Source: an uncultured Candidatus Binatia bacterium
GTDB taxonomy: Bacteria > Desulfobacterota > Binatia > Bin18
Direction: 5' to 3'
DNA: 64,000 nt
Assembly: GCA_965242795.1 (NCBI GenBank)
Contig: OZ251505.1
Coordinates: 243,737-307,736 of the forward strand
Below, in pieces: positions 9,021-18,336 of this stretch. Position 1 is the first letter of the stretch, and each line of letters opens with the position of its first letter. The notes under the pieces are model-generated. The model was not told where the DNA came from and did not search any database. It saw nothing but the letters and a program-made list of their open reading frames with translations. Position numbers and translations under genes: made by a program.

Positions 9021-10184
9021 CTACAGATCGCGGTCGAGGCCACGGCGCGCGATGATCTCGCGCATGATCTCCGCGGTGCCGCCCGCAATCGGACTCATGC
9101 GGATGTCCCGGTAGAATCGCTCGATCGGAAACTCGCGCATGTACCCGTAGCCGCCGTGCAACTGCACGCATTCGTAGGCGACCTTGTTGGCGACGTTGCA
9201 GCCGTACAGCTTCGCCATCGACACCTCGGTGCTGGAATCCTGCCCGCGGGCCAGTACGTCGGCCGCGTAGTACGTCAACTGGCGCCCGGCCTCCAACTCG
9301 GTCGCCAAGTCCGCCAACCGATGCGCGACCACCTGGTGGTCGAAGATGCGGCTCCCGAACGTCTCGCGCTCGCGCGTGTAGCGCAGCGTGTCTTCCAACG
9401 CCTGTTGCGCGGCGCTGACCGCCATGCTGGCCGCGATCAGCCGCTCGTCCTGGAAATTCTGCATGATGTAGTAGAAGCCGTGCCCCTCTTCCCCCAGCAG
9501 ATTGGCCCGCGGGACGCGCACGTCCTCGAAGACCAGTTCCCCCGTGTCCGAAGAGTGGCAGCCCATCTTGTCCAGCTTCTTGGCGAGGCTGAAGCCGGGC
9601 GTCTCCCGCTCGACGATGAACAGCGACACGCCGCGGGCGCCCGCCGCGGGGGCGGTCTTGGCCGCCACGCAGAACACGTCGGCATGAACCGAATTGGTGA
9701 TGAAGATCTTGGCGCCGTTCAGCACGTACTGGTCGCCGTCCTTCACCGCGGTGGTCTTGATGGCCGCCACGTCCGAGCCGCCCGACGGCTCGGTCACGCC
9801 GATGGCGCACACCGTCTCGCCCGTAATCATGGGCCGCAGATACCGCGCCTTCTGCTCCGGCGTGCCGTTGCGCGCGATGTGCGTGGACGACATGTCGGTG
9901 TGCACCAGCACGCTCATCGGCATGCCCATCGCCCGGCAGCGGCAGAGTTCCTCACAGAACACCAGCGTCATCCAGACGTCGCCGGCGCTGCCGCCGTACT
10001 CGATCGGGTGGCGAATGCCCAGGAACCCCAGTTCGCCCATGCGCCGGTAGAGCGACTTGGGGAAGAGCGCGTCGGCCTCCCACTGCTCGACGTAGGGCGC
10101 AACTTCTTTGGTCACGAAGCCGCGGACCTGGTCGCGGAAGATGTCGTGCTCCTCGGTGAAATAGCGGGACGGCGCGGTCAACAT
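9021..10184 (-). CDS. Acyl-CoA dehydrogenase
   Basis: AIGVTEPSGGSDVA, LNGAKIFITN, KKLDKMG, QLHGGYGYMREFPIERFYRD, IAGGTAEIMREII. Confidence 0.95.
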   Translation of the reverse strand: MLTAPSRYFTEEHDIFRDQVRGFVTKEVAPYVEQWEADALFPKSLYRRMGELGFLGIRHPIEYGGSAGDVWMTLVFCEELCRCRAMGMPMSVLVHTDMSSTHIARNGTPEQKARYLRPMITGETVCAIGVTEPSGGSDVAAIKTTAVKDGDQYVLNGAKIFITNSVHADVFCVAAKTAPAAGARGVSLFIVERETPGFSLAKKLDKMGCHSSDTGELVFEDVRVPRANLLGEEGHGFYYIMQNFQDERLIAASMAVSAAQQALEDTLRYTRERETFGSRIFDHQVVAHRLADLATELEAGRQLTYYAADVLARGQDSSTEVSMAKLYGCNVANKVAYECVQLHGGYGYMREFPIERFYRDIRMSPIAGGTAEIMREIIARRGLDRDL

Positions 10185-10199
10185 GGCGGTCTTCGCCTC

Positions 10200-12299
10200 C
10201 TATGGCTGCGGTTCTGCGGCCTGCGACTTCTCGATGTACTCTTTGTGCAGTTCGAGCTCTTCCTTGACCCGTTTCGTCAATTCCCAACCCTCGGCATGAT
10301 CGGCGATGACGTACGGAATGACCAGGATAATCAGCTCCGTGCGATCCACCTGAAAGGTATCCGAGCGGAACAAACGGCCGAACAGGGGCACCTTGGCGAG
10401 GCCGGGAACGCCGGTTTCTCCCCCACTCTGACTTTCGGCTATCAAGCCACCCATCAACAGCGAGCCACCGTCACGGAGCGTCAAACTGGTGCTGATCTCC
10501 CGGTTCAGAATGGTCGGCGACCCATCCTGACTCGTCGCCGCAGTGGGCCGGGCCTCGCTGAGTTGCTGGGAAATTTTCAAATCCACGAGCCCGTTCGCTT
10601 GGACGATCGGCTCGATTTCGAGCGTGATACCGGTCTTGCGGTAGGAGATCTGTTGCAGGACGTTGTTCGTGCCGCCGGTCTGTACCCCTTCTTCGACCGA
10701 GTTCTGCGTGATGACCGGAATTTCGTTCCCGACCTGAATGTTGGCCGTCTCACCGCTCTTGACTACCAATTTGGGGCTCGACCGGATCATGACGCGGCTG
10801 TCCTCGTAGAAAAAGTTCAGCGCGGCCCGCGTGTTCCCGGCGCTATTGAGCACCAGAGACGCGCCTTGCCCAATGCCGGCCAAGCCCAGTCTCCCGGTCG
10901 TTCGGCCCACGATGTTGAAATCGTCGCCCAGGAAATCGAGATCGCCCAGGCCGCGGCGCAGCAGGAACTCGAAGCCCGACCGTTCCTCGTCGTCGAGCGT
11001 AATCTCCGCGATCAGTGCCTCGATGAGGACGGATGGTGCAGGCTTGTCCAGGATAGCGACGACGTCGAGAATTTCGGCCCACTCCTTCCCCGACCCCCGG
11101 AACAGCAACAGGTTCCGGCGTTCGTCCACGACGATACTGCCGGTGCCCCCTCCGACAGGAGGAGGCTGCCCTTCCGCGGAAGCCGACTGCCCGGCCGGTC
11201 TGCCCGACGCCGACCCGGAACCGAGCATCCGGTTGAGCGTTTCGGTGATGTGCTCGGCCTGGGTATTGCGGACCTCGTAGGTGAACACCCCGTCCTCGAT
11301 CTCGTCTTGCCGCTGGGTATCCAGGATGCGCGCCCACTCCTGGACGTGTTCAAGCGTGGCTTGGTCCGCGGCAAATGCCACCAATTTATTGGCGTTCTCC
11401 AACGGGACGAGGATGGCGGCACCCCCGCGGGTGTGGAGAGAAATGCTGTAGCCTTCGGATTGGAGCACCTGAGACAGGGACTGCGCCATTGTGCCCACTT
11501 CCAGAAAGCGCGGTTCGATGATGAGTCCGTGCTGCCCTTGCATCAGGGGTTGGTCGAGCACCTCGATCATCTCCAGCGCCAGCGCGATCAGGTCCAGACT
11601 CCCCCGCAACAACAACGTATTGCGGTCCCGGTCGGATTCGATTTTCAGATCCTGCCCGGTGAAAACGTCCAGCAGCGTCCCCGCCACGGCTCCGGCGTCG
11701 ACGACTCGAAGGGGCACGAGCTGAAAAATCGTCCGGTGGGTGGCCGGCACTTCCGGCAAGGTTCTGCCGCTGATGAGCAAAGGAATATCCCGGGCCGATA
11801 TTTCCGGCGTCTCGACGAAGCTGAGTACGCCGTCCTCGTCTCGCACGTCGATGCCGTAATTCTCCAGGACCAGCCGCGCGGTCGCAAAGAGCTGGCTGGG
11901 CGAGACCGGTTCACTGAGTCGTAACGTCACCAGATCCTCTTTCTTGTCCAACCCGGGAGACACCGCATAGGACAGGCCCAAGACCTCGCCGAACACCTCG
12001 TTGATGAAGGCGATCAACGGCACGTCGCGGAAATTCACCTGAATCGGGGCGCCCTGCAGGTCGGCGCCCAACGTATCCCGTACCCCTTCGACCTCGGTGC
12101 GTCCGCGGGCGACGTCGGGGGTGCGTGCGAAGCGCGGTTCGTCGCTCGACGTGTCCGCCCCGCTGACCCTGGAATCCGGTTTTTCGGCCAGTTCCTTCGG
12201 TGGCCGGAGCGCCGGCGGAAACGGCTTCACGTCGAGCGTCGTGCACGCGCCCATCGACCACCCGACCACCACCACCAAAGAGAGTTCGGCGATTTTCAC
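10200..12299 (-). CDS. gspD: Type II secretion secretin GspD, probable lipoprotein
   Basis: N0-N3 and secretin domains (VLIEALIAEI, SSPKLVVKSGETANIQVGNEIPV, LLMGGLI, VPGLAKVPLFGRLF, ELIILVIPYVI); N-terminal hydrophobic stretch ending GAC. Confidence 0.95.
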   Translation of the reverse strand: MKIAELSLVVVVGWSMGACTTLDVKPFPPALRPPKELAEKPDSRVSGADTSSDEPRFARTPDVARGRTEVEGVRDTLGADLQGAPIQVNFRDVPLIAFINEVFGEVLGLSYAVSPGLDKKEDLVTLRLSEPVSPSQLFATARLVLENYGIDVRDEDGVLSFVETPEISARDIPLLISGRTLPEVPATHRTIFQLVPLRVVDAGAVAGTLLDVFTGQDLKIESDRDRNTLLLRGSLDLIALALEMIEVLDQPLMQGQHGLIIEPRFLEVGTMAQSLSQVLQSEGYSISLHTRGGAAILVPLENANKLVAFAADQATLEHVQEWARILDTQRQDEIEDGVFTYEVRNTQAEHITETLNRMLGSGSASGRPAGQSASAEGQPPPVGGGTGSIVVDERRNLLLFRGSGKEWAEILDVVAILDKPAPSVLIEALIAEITLDDEERSGFEFLLRRGLGDLDFLGDDFNIVGRTTGRLGLAGIGQGASLVLNSAGNTRAALNFFYEDSRVMIRSSPKLVVKSGETANIQVGNEIPVITQNSVEEGVQTGGTNNVLQQISYRKTGITLEIEPIVQANGLVDLKISQQLSEARPTAATSQDGSPTILNREISTSLTLRDGGSLLMGGLIAESQSGGETGVPGLAKVPLFGRLFRSDTFQVDRTELIILVIPYVIADHAEGWELTKRVKEELELHKEYIEKSQAAEPQP

Positions 12300-12321
12300 A
12301 CTGGCTCCAAATCCGTTGCGC

Positions 12322-12921
12322 TCAATGCGCGGGCGTTACGTCCGACGCGACCGGCAATCCTGGCGTTTCGGCATCCGGCGCGGCCAGCCGCAGTTCCGCG
12401 GGAATAGGGGGAAACAGGTCCAGCACATCGGTCTGTCCGTCCTCGGTTCCTTCGAGCGTCAAGGTCGTCTCCGTCGCCAATGTCAAGACGCGCCCATCGG
12501 GCAACCGGTCTCCCGGCAGGAATCGGGCGATGCCCCCGTCCGGGAGCCGGATCAACGAGACGCGGCGGTCCTGCAGCGTGGTCAATCCGACTAAACCGAT
12601 TGCGTCTCTCGCTTGGCGCTTCGCTGCCGCGCCTTCAGCCATGGCGGCGCGTTGTTGCAGGTTTTGCAGCGATTCGTCGCCCCAGCGCCGACTCTCCAAG
12701 AACACGCGCAAATCCTGTGGTGCCGGCGCCCGCGTTGCGATGCCGTCCGGAATCCCCCGAGGCCCTTGTCCCTTTTCGGGTTCGGGGGGAGGGACGGGCA
12801 CGGCCAGGGCCATGAGCACGGTCGCGACACCGACCGCCGAGACGACTCCCGCGCCGCGGCCATATTTGGCCGTGCGGCGCACCCAGCCGCGCAGTCCCCG
12901 TGGTTGTTCCGTGCTTTCCAT
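12322..12921 (-). CDS. GspC/XpsN-like inner-membrane T2SS protein (TM + HR-like domain, no PDZ)
   Basis: Single TM, Pro-rich linker, then IGLVGL...RFLPGDRLPDGRVLT resembling the GspC/PilP HR domain; lies between M and D as in Xps-type clusters. Confidence 0.6.
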   Translation of the reverse strand: MESTEQPRGLRGWVRRTAKYGRGAGVVSAVGVATVLMALAVPVPPPEPEKGQGPRGIPDGIATRAPAPQDLRVFLESRRWGDESLQNLQQRAAMAEGAAAKRQARDAIGLVGLTTLQDRRVSLIRLPDGGIARFLPGDRLPDGRVLTLATETTLTLEGTEDGQTDVLDLFPPIPAELRLAAPDAETPGLPVASDVTPAH

Positions 12922-12954
12922 TACGTCGTCATGGCCCGAGTCGGCCGGCTCCGG

Positions 12955-13536
12955 TTATCCTCGGGTCGATTCGATTCCCATGAAGTACGCGGACACGACC
13001 AACGTCATCCGCAACGCCTCCCGGCGGACGTCCAATCGTTCGACGGCCAACTTCTTCGGATGGGTCGCGAGCCGGTACAGGACCTGGAGTTCGGCCCCGG
13101 GTCGATAGTGACAATTGAGGCTGGTTTGCACCTGCCAGACGCCCGGAAGGTCCGGCACCTCCAGGCTCACGCCCGAACGAATGCGGGACCGATGCAGATC
13201 CAGCCCTTTCGTCATCGCCGTCAGTACGGCCTGCAGACGCGCCTGCGCCTCCCCTTCCGTCTCGGCCTGCCAGAATGCGTCTTTCAATGCCTGGTGGGTC
13301 TCGCGCTCCGCGGCGAGCAGACGCGTCCAGTCTTCTCCTCCCTGCAAGGCCTCCGAGCGTGCCAAGCGGGTTGCTTCCGCCGCGTAGGCGGCGGCGGCGT
13401 CCTGCAGCCGGTCGGATTGCACCAGAAGGCCGTACCCCAACACGAGACCGAGAATCAGCCACGCGCCGCCGCGGACACGGACATTTTCGGTGAATTCCGC
13501 GCGGACGTACGCCAGCGTCGTATCCAGCGTCTTCAT
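12955..13536 (-). CDS. gspM: GspM-like T2SS protein
   Basis: Start MKTLDTTL overlaps the upstream stop (ATGA); TM + coiled coil + ferredoxin-like C-terminus; position after L. Confidence 0.7.
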   Translation of the reverse strand: MKTLDTTLAYVRAEFTENVRVRGGAWLILGLVLGYGLLVQSDRLQDAAAAYAAEATRLARSEALQGGEDWTRLLAAERETHQALKDAFWQAETEGEAQARLQAVLTAMTKGLDLHRSRIRSGVSLEVPDLPGVWQVQTSLNCHYRPGAELQVLYRLATHPKKLAVERLDVRREALRMTLVVSAYFMGIESTRG

Positions 13537-14618
13537 GCCTCCACCTCCATCGATATCTTCAACCGGTCGGCCTTTCGGTCCGGCTCGGCCTTGACGTGGT
13601 GGAACAATGGATGGGCTTCCAATGCACGGACGTACGCGATCGGGTCCGGCGCCGCGTCCTCGACCAGAATGGAAAGTTCGCCCCGACGATAGCGCCACTC
13701 GTGGAAGGTGGCCGACGGGCTGGGCAACGTCCGGTCCACTTCGTTCATCACGTACGCCTGCGACGGCGTTGCCAACAAATCGGACAAGGCGCGGTTTCTC
13801 GTCCGCAGGCGCACGAGTTCGTTGCGGGCTCGAACCAGCGGGGCGACCTCGGCCTGAATGCGGGAAAATGCCCCCTCGGCCGTTCGGGTGAGGTGGCGGA
13901 GCTTGCGGAACCGCCCTTCCTGCCAGAGTGCGGCCATGGCCAGCGCAAGCACGCACGCGGCCACCACGGCACGCTCATTGGTCTCGAGCCAGGCACGCGG
14001 CGACATCCAGCCGGTCCAGGGCTCGGAATCGAAGGCTGACGGAGGCACGTGCGGAACGTCCAGGTCCGCCGCGGAGACCGAGCGCCCCAGGCGGGCGAGA
14101 AACCACTCGGTCTGGTTTTCGTCCGGCCGCTGCGCAAACCAGAATGCGTCGCGCAGTATGTCCGCACGCCAGTACTGCAACTCGAACCCTTCATGACAGG
14201 CTTGGAGATGCACGCCGTCGGGCTTGCGGGGGAAGAAAACGGTTTCAGGCAGGACCCGTTCGGGGTTCTTCCGGTCGGCCGTGCCTGCGGGCGTTTGCCC
14301 GTGGACAGCCTCTGCATCCCAGAACCAGACCATGGCCGTGCTGCCGGCCCAGACACAATGAGAGCCGGTCGTGTCGAACGGACTCCAGACCGGCAGCTTG
14401 AGTTCCAGGGCCGGGCGCCGTTTGGCTCTCGGCACGTGTCCGAACTCCTCGCAGCGGTACATGCACAGGCCGCGGCCGACGATCCAATGTCGATGCAGCG
14501 CGGTCTGCTGCAGCGCGGACACCCCGGACCGGGTCTGGATGACGTTGGACTTATTGGAGAAGCGGCGTCGCCACTGTCCGAGGCGTGTCTGCAGCGTCTG
14601 CGGTCGCAGGCTCCTCAT
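13533..14618 (-). CDS. gspL: GspL/PilN-like T2SS protein
   Basis: Cytoplasmic domain, TM (VVAACVLALAMAALWQ), coiled coil and PilN-like C-terminus; position between K and M; start uncertain. Confidence 0.65.
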   Translation of the reverse strand: MRSLRPQTLQTRLGQWRRRFSNKSNVIQTRSGVSALQQTALHRHWIVGRGLCMYRCEEFGHVPRAKRRPALELKLPVWSPFDTTGSHCVWAGSTAMVWFWDAEAVHGQTPAGTADRKNPERVLPETVFFPRKPDGVHLQACHEGFELQYWRADILRDAFWFAQRPDENQTEWFLARLGRSVSAADLDVPHVPPSAFDSEPWTGWMSPRAWLETNERAVVAACVLALAMAALWQEGRFRKLRHLTRTAEGAFSRIQAEVAPLVRARNELVRLRTRNRALSDLLATPSQAYVMNEVDRTLPSPSATFHEWRYRRGELSILVEDAAPDPIAYVRALEAHPLFHHVKAEPDRKADRLKISMEVEA

Positions 14619-15570
14619 AGCGGTAATCGATCCTCCAGGGGGCGACGTCCGAAAACGGGGTCAGTTCGATGCCGACCAGCATGCGCACGCCGTCATCCTC
14701 GTGCCACAGGGTCATGCGCAGAAAACGCGACGGCATCAGACGGATGTCGGTCGGGTCGATGTCCAGGTGTTTCCCGGTCTGCATGGCGATGAAGCTCAAC
14801 CGCGAGACCGATTGTTCGGCCCGCGCATCGAGGAGCGGTTGCACGCTCTGCAGATCTAGGTCGAGCAGCGCCGCCATGAGCTCGGGGGGCATCGTGTTGA
14901 AATTGTACCCGACGGGAGCGCGTATGGAAAGCAAGGGACTTAAACGTCGCCACTGCGCGGGAGTCACGATTTCGGCGATCCCGAGCACGCGGTGCAATTC
15001 CAGCGGACTGGCCATGATCCAGTTCGGCGGGGGCGGCTTCCCCCGGGCGCGGTACTGACCGGCTTCGGCCCCATTCAGGCGTAACGTGCGATCCAGGTCG
15101 ATGTAGTCCTCCGCCCTGGCGACGATGCGCGCGACGTCGTCCCGCGCAATGCCGACCCACCGGAGCACGGCGCCGAACACCGGGACGGTCGGCCGATTGA
15201 CCGACGCCAGCCCGCCTTCGTCCTGCACCGCGAACCGCGTCGTTCCCAACCCGGCGTACACGCGGCCGGTGACGTGCAATTCGCCCTCGCCCCAGTCCGG
15301 CAACGTTGTGGTTTCGGGGAGCCGGTCGGAAAAGCGTTGCGGGGTCTCCAGGATCAGCCCGCGGTGGTTCATGCGATTCGTGGCGAGCAGGTAGGTGACG
15401 GTCGCCTGCGTGCTGCGCCGGTCGAGGGTACGTTCGAGGGACCGTTTGGCGCGCCGCGCGGTTTCGACCCGGGCGGTCGTCACCGCGTCGATATGCGCGG
15501 CCAGCAGCGACAAGGCGGCCAGCACCCACAGCACGGCGATGAGCACGAATCCGCCGGGATTAGGTCTCAC
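14551..15570 (-). CDS. gspK: Minor pseudopilin GspK
   Basis: GTG start overlaps the gspJ TGA; GGFVLIAVLWVLAAL prepilin motif lacking E5; VQDEGGLASVN, DYIDLD, YNFNTMPPELMAAL. Confidence 0.9.
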   Translation of the reverse strand: MRPNPGGFVLIAVLWVLAALSLLAAHIDAVTTARVETARRAKRSLERTLDRRSTQATVTYLLATNRMNHRGLILETPQRFSDRLPETTTLPDWGEGELHVTGRVYAGLGTTRFAVQDEGGLASVNRPTVPVFGAVLRWVGIARDDVARIVARAEDYIDLDRTLRLNGAEAGQYRARGKPPPPNWIMASPLELHRVLGIAEIVTPAQWRRLSPLLSIRAPVGYNFNTMPPELMAALLDLDLQSVQPLLDARAEQSVSRLSFIAMQTGKHLDIDPTDIRLMPSRFLRMTLWHEDDGVRMLVGIELTPFSDVAPWRIDYRYEEPATADAADTPRTVATPLLQ

Positions 15571-16274
15571 GAGAAATCCCGAAAATTCACCACCGGTCGC
15601 GGAAACACATCGGGCCGCACCGCCCAGATTTCGTCTCCCGCATGCGACACGAGCCGCACCATCCCGGGAAGACTCTGTTTCGATCCGGGGTCGAGCGGCC
15701 AGCGTGCATACCACCGGCCCGCCGCATCGGCATACTCGAACGACAGCCCCGGTTTGCGCACGGTGAGGACGGTCCACGTCAAGCGGCCCTCCTCGGCGTA
15801 CACCACGAGAGCAGCCCCCGCGTCGTTCGGGTCGATGGACCAGCGGACCCGGGTCGGCTGGCCGGGCTGGCCGGCGAGGGGTCGAAGGGTGGTCCCTTCG
15901 AACGCGGTCTGCCGGCCCTCGAATCGGCGCGTGGCGCGCACGGACGGGACCATTCCCCCGACCGTGGAAGCGAACCAATGGCGTTGGAGCGCGATCGACG
16001 CTGACGTCTTCCCGACACGGGTAGCGGTTTCGTACCGGCCGAGGAAAAAGCCGGTCCCCTGGATCACCAGGGTGCCGAGCAACGACGTCAGGACCAGGAC
16101 GACCAAAAGTTCGAGCAGCGTCAGACCCGCTACGCCGGTTCCTACCCGAGGCTGGCGAACGCTCCGGCGGACCGTCGGTGTTCCGATTGCGACAGGGCCG
16201 GCTGCCGTCGGTCTCCCCCGGGTCCGTTCCGGAAGGGGGAGAAGAAGGGAAAAGGTTCGTAATGCAGGAGACAT
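15567..16274 (-). CDS. gspJ: Minor pseudopilin GspJ
   Basis: AGLTLLELLVVL prepilin cleavage motif; ends LPGMVRL...; start codon uncertain. Confidence 0.8.
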   Translation of the reverse strand: MSPALRTFSLLLPLPERTRGRPTAAGPVAIGTPTVRRSVRQPRVGTGVAGLTLLELLVVLVLTSLLGTLVIQGTGFFLGRYETATRVGKTSASIALQRHWFASTVGGMVPSVRATRRFEGRQTAFEGTTLRPLAGQPGQPTRVRWSIDPNDAGAALVVYAEEGRLTWTVLTVRKPGLSFEYADAAGRWYARWPLDPGSKQSLPGMVRLVSHAGDEIWAVRPDVFPRPVVNFRDFS

Positions 16275-16298
16275 GGCCGAACGACGGACCCCAATGAA

Positions 16299-16336
16299 GA
16301 AAGCCCCTGATACTCTCGAAAGAGTCAGGGGCTTTC
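16299..16336 (-). terminator. Rho-independent terminator downstream of the S-layer-like gene
   Basis: gaaagcccctga...tcaggggctttc 12-bp perfect stem, extended by actct/agagt, followed by TTCATT on the minus strand. Confidence 0.75.
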
Positions 16337-16389
16337 GGGTTGGCCCGGACCGTTGGAAAACGGTCCGGGAGCGGAATGAGACTATTGAT

Positions 16390-18009
16390 CTATTGGGAAG
16401 CGCCCAGTCCACCGATGAAGGTGTTGTTCGTCAGCACCCCGCCGCTGCGGACCAACAGTTGCACCGAAACACGGCTGGAGGAGTGGAGACTGCAAGACAG
16501 ACGACCGCCGACCCGATCGCCGAGATTGACCATCCAACCATCCACCCCGAGCATGGTCGCGATATCCCCCGATGAGTAGCGCTGGACGCTCTCGCCCTCG
16601 ATGCTAGTCCTCACGAAGCCTCCGACGCGCCCGCCCCTCTGGTCCATACAACGGAAGAATACGGTACAAGTCGAGGCTCCCTCGCACCGGATTCGCAGGT
16701 TTCCCGAGTCCTGGTTAGACGGGTCCGGAATTCCGTACGCGTACGTCGTGAAGTTGATCCCGCTGTATTCGAGCGTCAGAGGTTTCCCGGCCATCATGCT
16801 GTCCTTTGCCGTCGCTGCGGCGAAGTCGAGCGTGTAGCTGACTCCGATATCCCCTCTTCCGATCTGGCCACCGCCCGGCACGTAGTACAGAGCACGCTGC
16901 GAACCGGCGACGATAGCCCCGGTTCCAGCCAGCGGCCTGGCCCCCTCCGCGGTCGTTCCGTCCGCGGAGATGGTCAGCAGGAGGTCGTTACTCTCGTTGT
17001 AAGTAACGTCGCCCGTCGTCGTCGCGCTGAGGAACAGACGATCCGACGAAGAAAAGTTCCCGCTTACCGCGACCCGCAACATGTCGGTAGTTCCCGCGCT
17101 GAAGTTGGTCAATCCGTCCGCTGCCTTCTGGTCCCCTGCGGTGTCCTCGATCGTGACGGAGGAGAGCTTGATTCCCGACGTGGCGTCAGCGCCGAGCCCA
17201 CCGATCTTTATGAGCTGAGCAGTAGAGCTAGTCGCTGTAAGCATGGTGGGGTCGTCGAGGTTGATCTGCCCCATATGGGCGGTCTCGCTCGTCGCGGAGG
17301 GGTCCACGGCCAGCGTGTAGGCCGGAACGATCCTTGCGATGGCGACTGCGTTGCGTGGTCCTGGTTGCTCGTCTTCGGCTCCTGGATCGGCCGTGTCCGT
17401 GGCTGTGGAGGTAGCGGGGTACTTCGGAAAATTATTTCCCCCGGTCGAGAAGCGATCCTGCGCTGGAGGATCAACCGTCACCGTCACGATAACCATACGG
17501 TCACGGGGCGTCTCACCATCGGCAACGGAGACCATTTCCACATCGGGAACATTGAAAGTGAAGCCCTTGCCCTGCAACGCCACCTGGCCGCCCCCCTCAG
17601 GCGCCGTGACCGTGTACGATACGAAGTCGTCACCTCTTTGGCCTCCACCCCCGTCCCGGCCCTGCGAGAAAACGAAATCACCAGCGTCGGTGTAGGAGAG
17701 ATCGCCCGCCGAGACGGGCTGGGCCAATCTCGCTCCAGTAAAACGGAAGGTGAATACGGCGGACTGCCCTTCGTCGACCGTAACCCCACTCGAAGCTCCA
17801 TAGTTGATCCTAATAACGGACGCCAGCGCCAACTTGACGCTCCCTGAATTGGGGCCGAATAGCTCCTGAGCGAATTGCGTCGACCCTCCGTCAATGTTAC
17901 TACCCGTGCTGCGCAGGGGAGTTACGTGTTCTGTTTGTGCCCAGACCGGTGCCACGAGCATGGCGGTCAGAGCGGCTGCGGTTACGGTCGAAAGAATCTT
18001 TGTGCCCAT
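16390..18009 (-). CDS. Secreted S-layer-like surface protein (~539 aa) embedded in the T2SS cluster
   Basis: Sec signal MGTKILSTVTAAALTAMLVAPVWA|Q; rich in T/S/G/A/D, beta-strand-like; C-terminal domain with 4 Cys; AGGAG RBS. An alternative in-frame start (MIKEPE) with GAGGAGG RBS lies upstream. Confidence 0.65.
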   Translation of the reverse strand: MGTKILSTVTAAALTAMLVAPVWAQTEHVTPLRSTGSNIDGGSTQFAQELFGPNSGSVKLALASVIRINYGASSGVTVDEGQSAVFTFRFTGARLAQPVSAGDLSYTDAGDFVFSQGRDGGGGQRGDDFVSYTVTAPEGGGQVALQGKGFTFNVPDVEMVSVADGETPRDRMVIVTVTVDPPAQDRFSTGGNNFPKYPATSTATDTADPGAEDEQPGPRNAVAIARIVPAYTLAVDPSATSETAHMGQINLDDPTMLTATSSTAQLIKIGGLGADATSGIKLSSVTIEDTAGDQKAADGLTNFSAGTTDMLRVAVSGNFSSSDRLFLSATTTGDVTYNESNDLLLTISADGTTAEGARPLAGTGAIVAGSQRALYYVPGGGQIGRGDIGVSYTLDFAAATAKDSMMAGKPLTLEYSGINFTTYAYGIPDPSNQDSGNLRIRCEGASTCTVFFRCMDQRGGRVGGFVRTSIEGESVQRYSSGDIATMLGVDGWMVNLGDRVGGRLSCSLHSSSRVSVQLLVRSGGVLTNNTFIGGLGASQ

Positions 18010-18336
18010 TGACGTTCTCCTCTCTCTCTCTGCTTCCCCGATGGTTGGTTCTCCGGCTGAACGTTTCCCTTCCGGCTCCTTGATCATTTCGTCCTCCTCA
18101 ACTTCGACGTTCAATACGCCATTTCCTTCTTCGGTGCAACTCCCTTTTTCACAAGGGTGCGCTTTCCACATGCCCCCTGAAGCCTTCGGTATCCGGCAGG
18201 CCCCACGATCGAGCGGTCGTCCCCGCCCCTTCGAGATTCGGGCAGCCGGGCCTTACGAAGAGTTTCCTTACTCCATCGTGCATGACTTTGCAAGGGCGTC
18301 GTCCGCGCAACGGCAGGCTCTCGTGACGGCTGAGGA

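Noticed and set aside
8802-11924. 1040-aa plus-strand ORF, and similar long ORFs (51-1997, 3476-5632, 27315-28646, 51918-53195)
   Set aside because: These are antisense or frame shadows of well-supported genes in high-GC DNA, with Arg/Ala/Gly-rich translations and no motifs.
14551-14618. 68-nt gspK/gspL overlap as a programmed frameshift
   Set aside because: Both frames are open and complete; an uncertain gspL start explains it, and no slippery site is evident.
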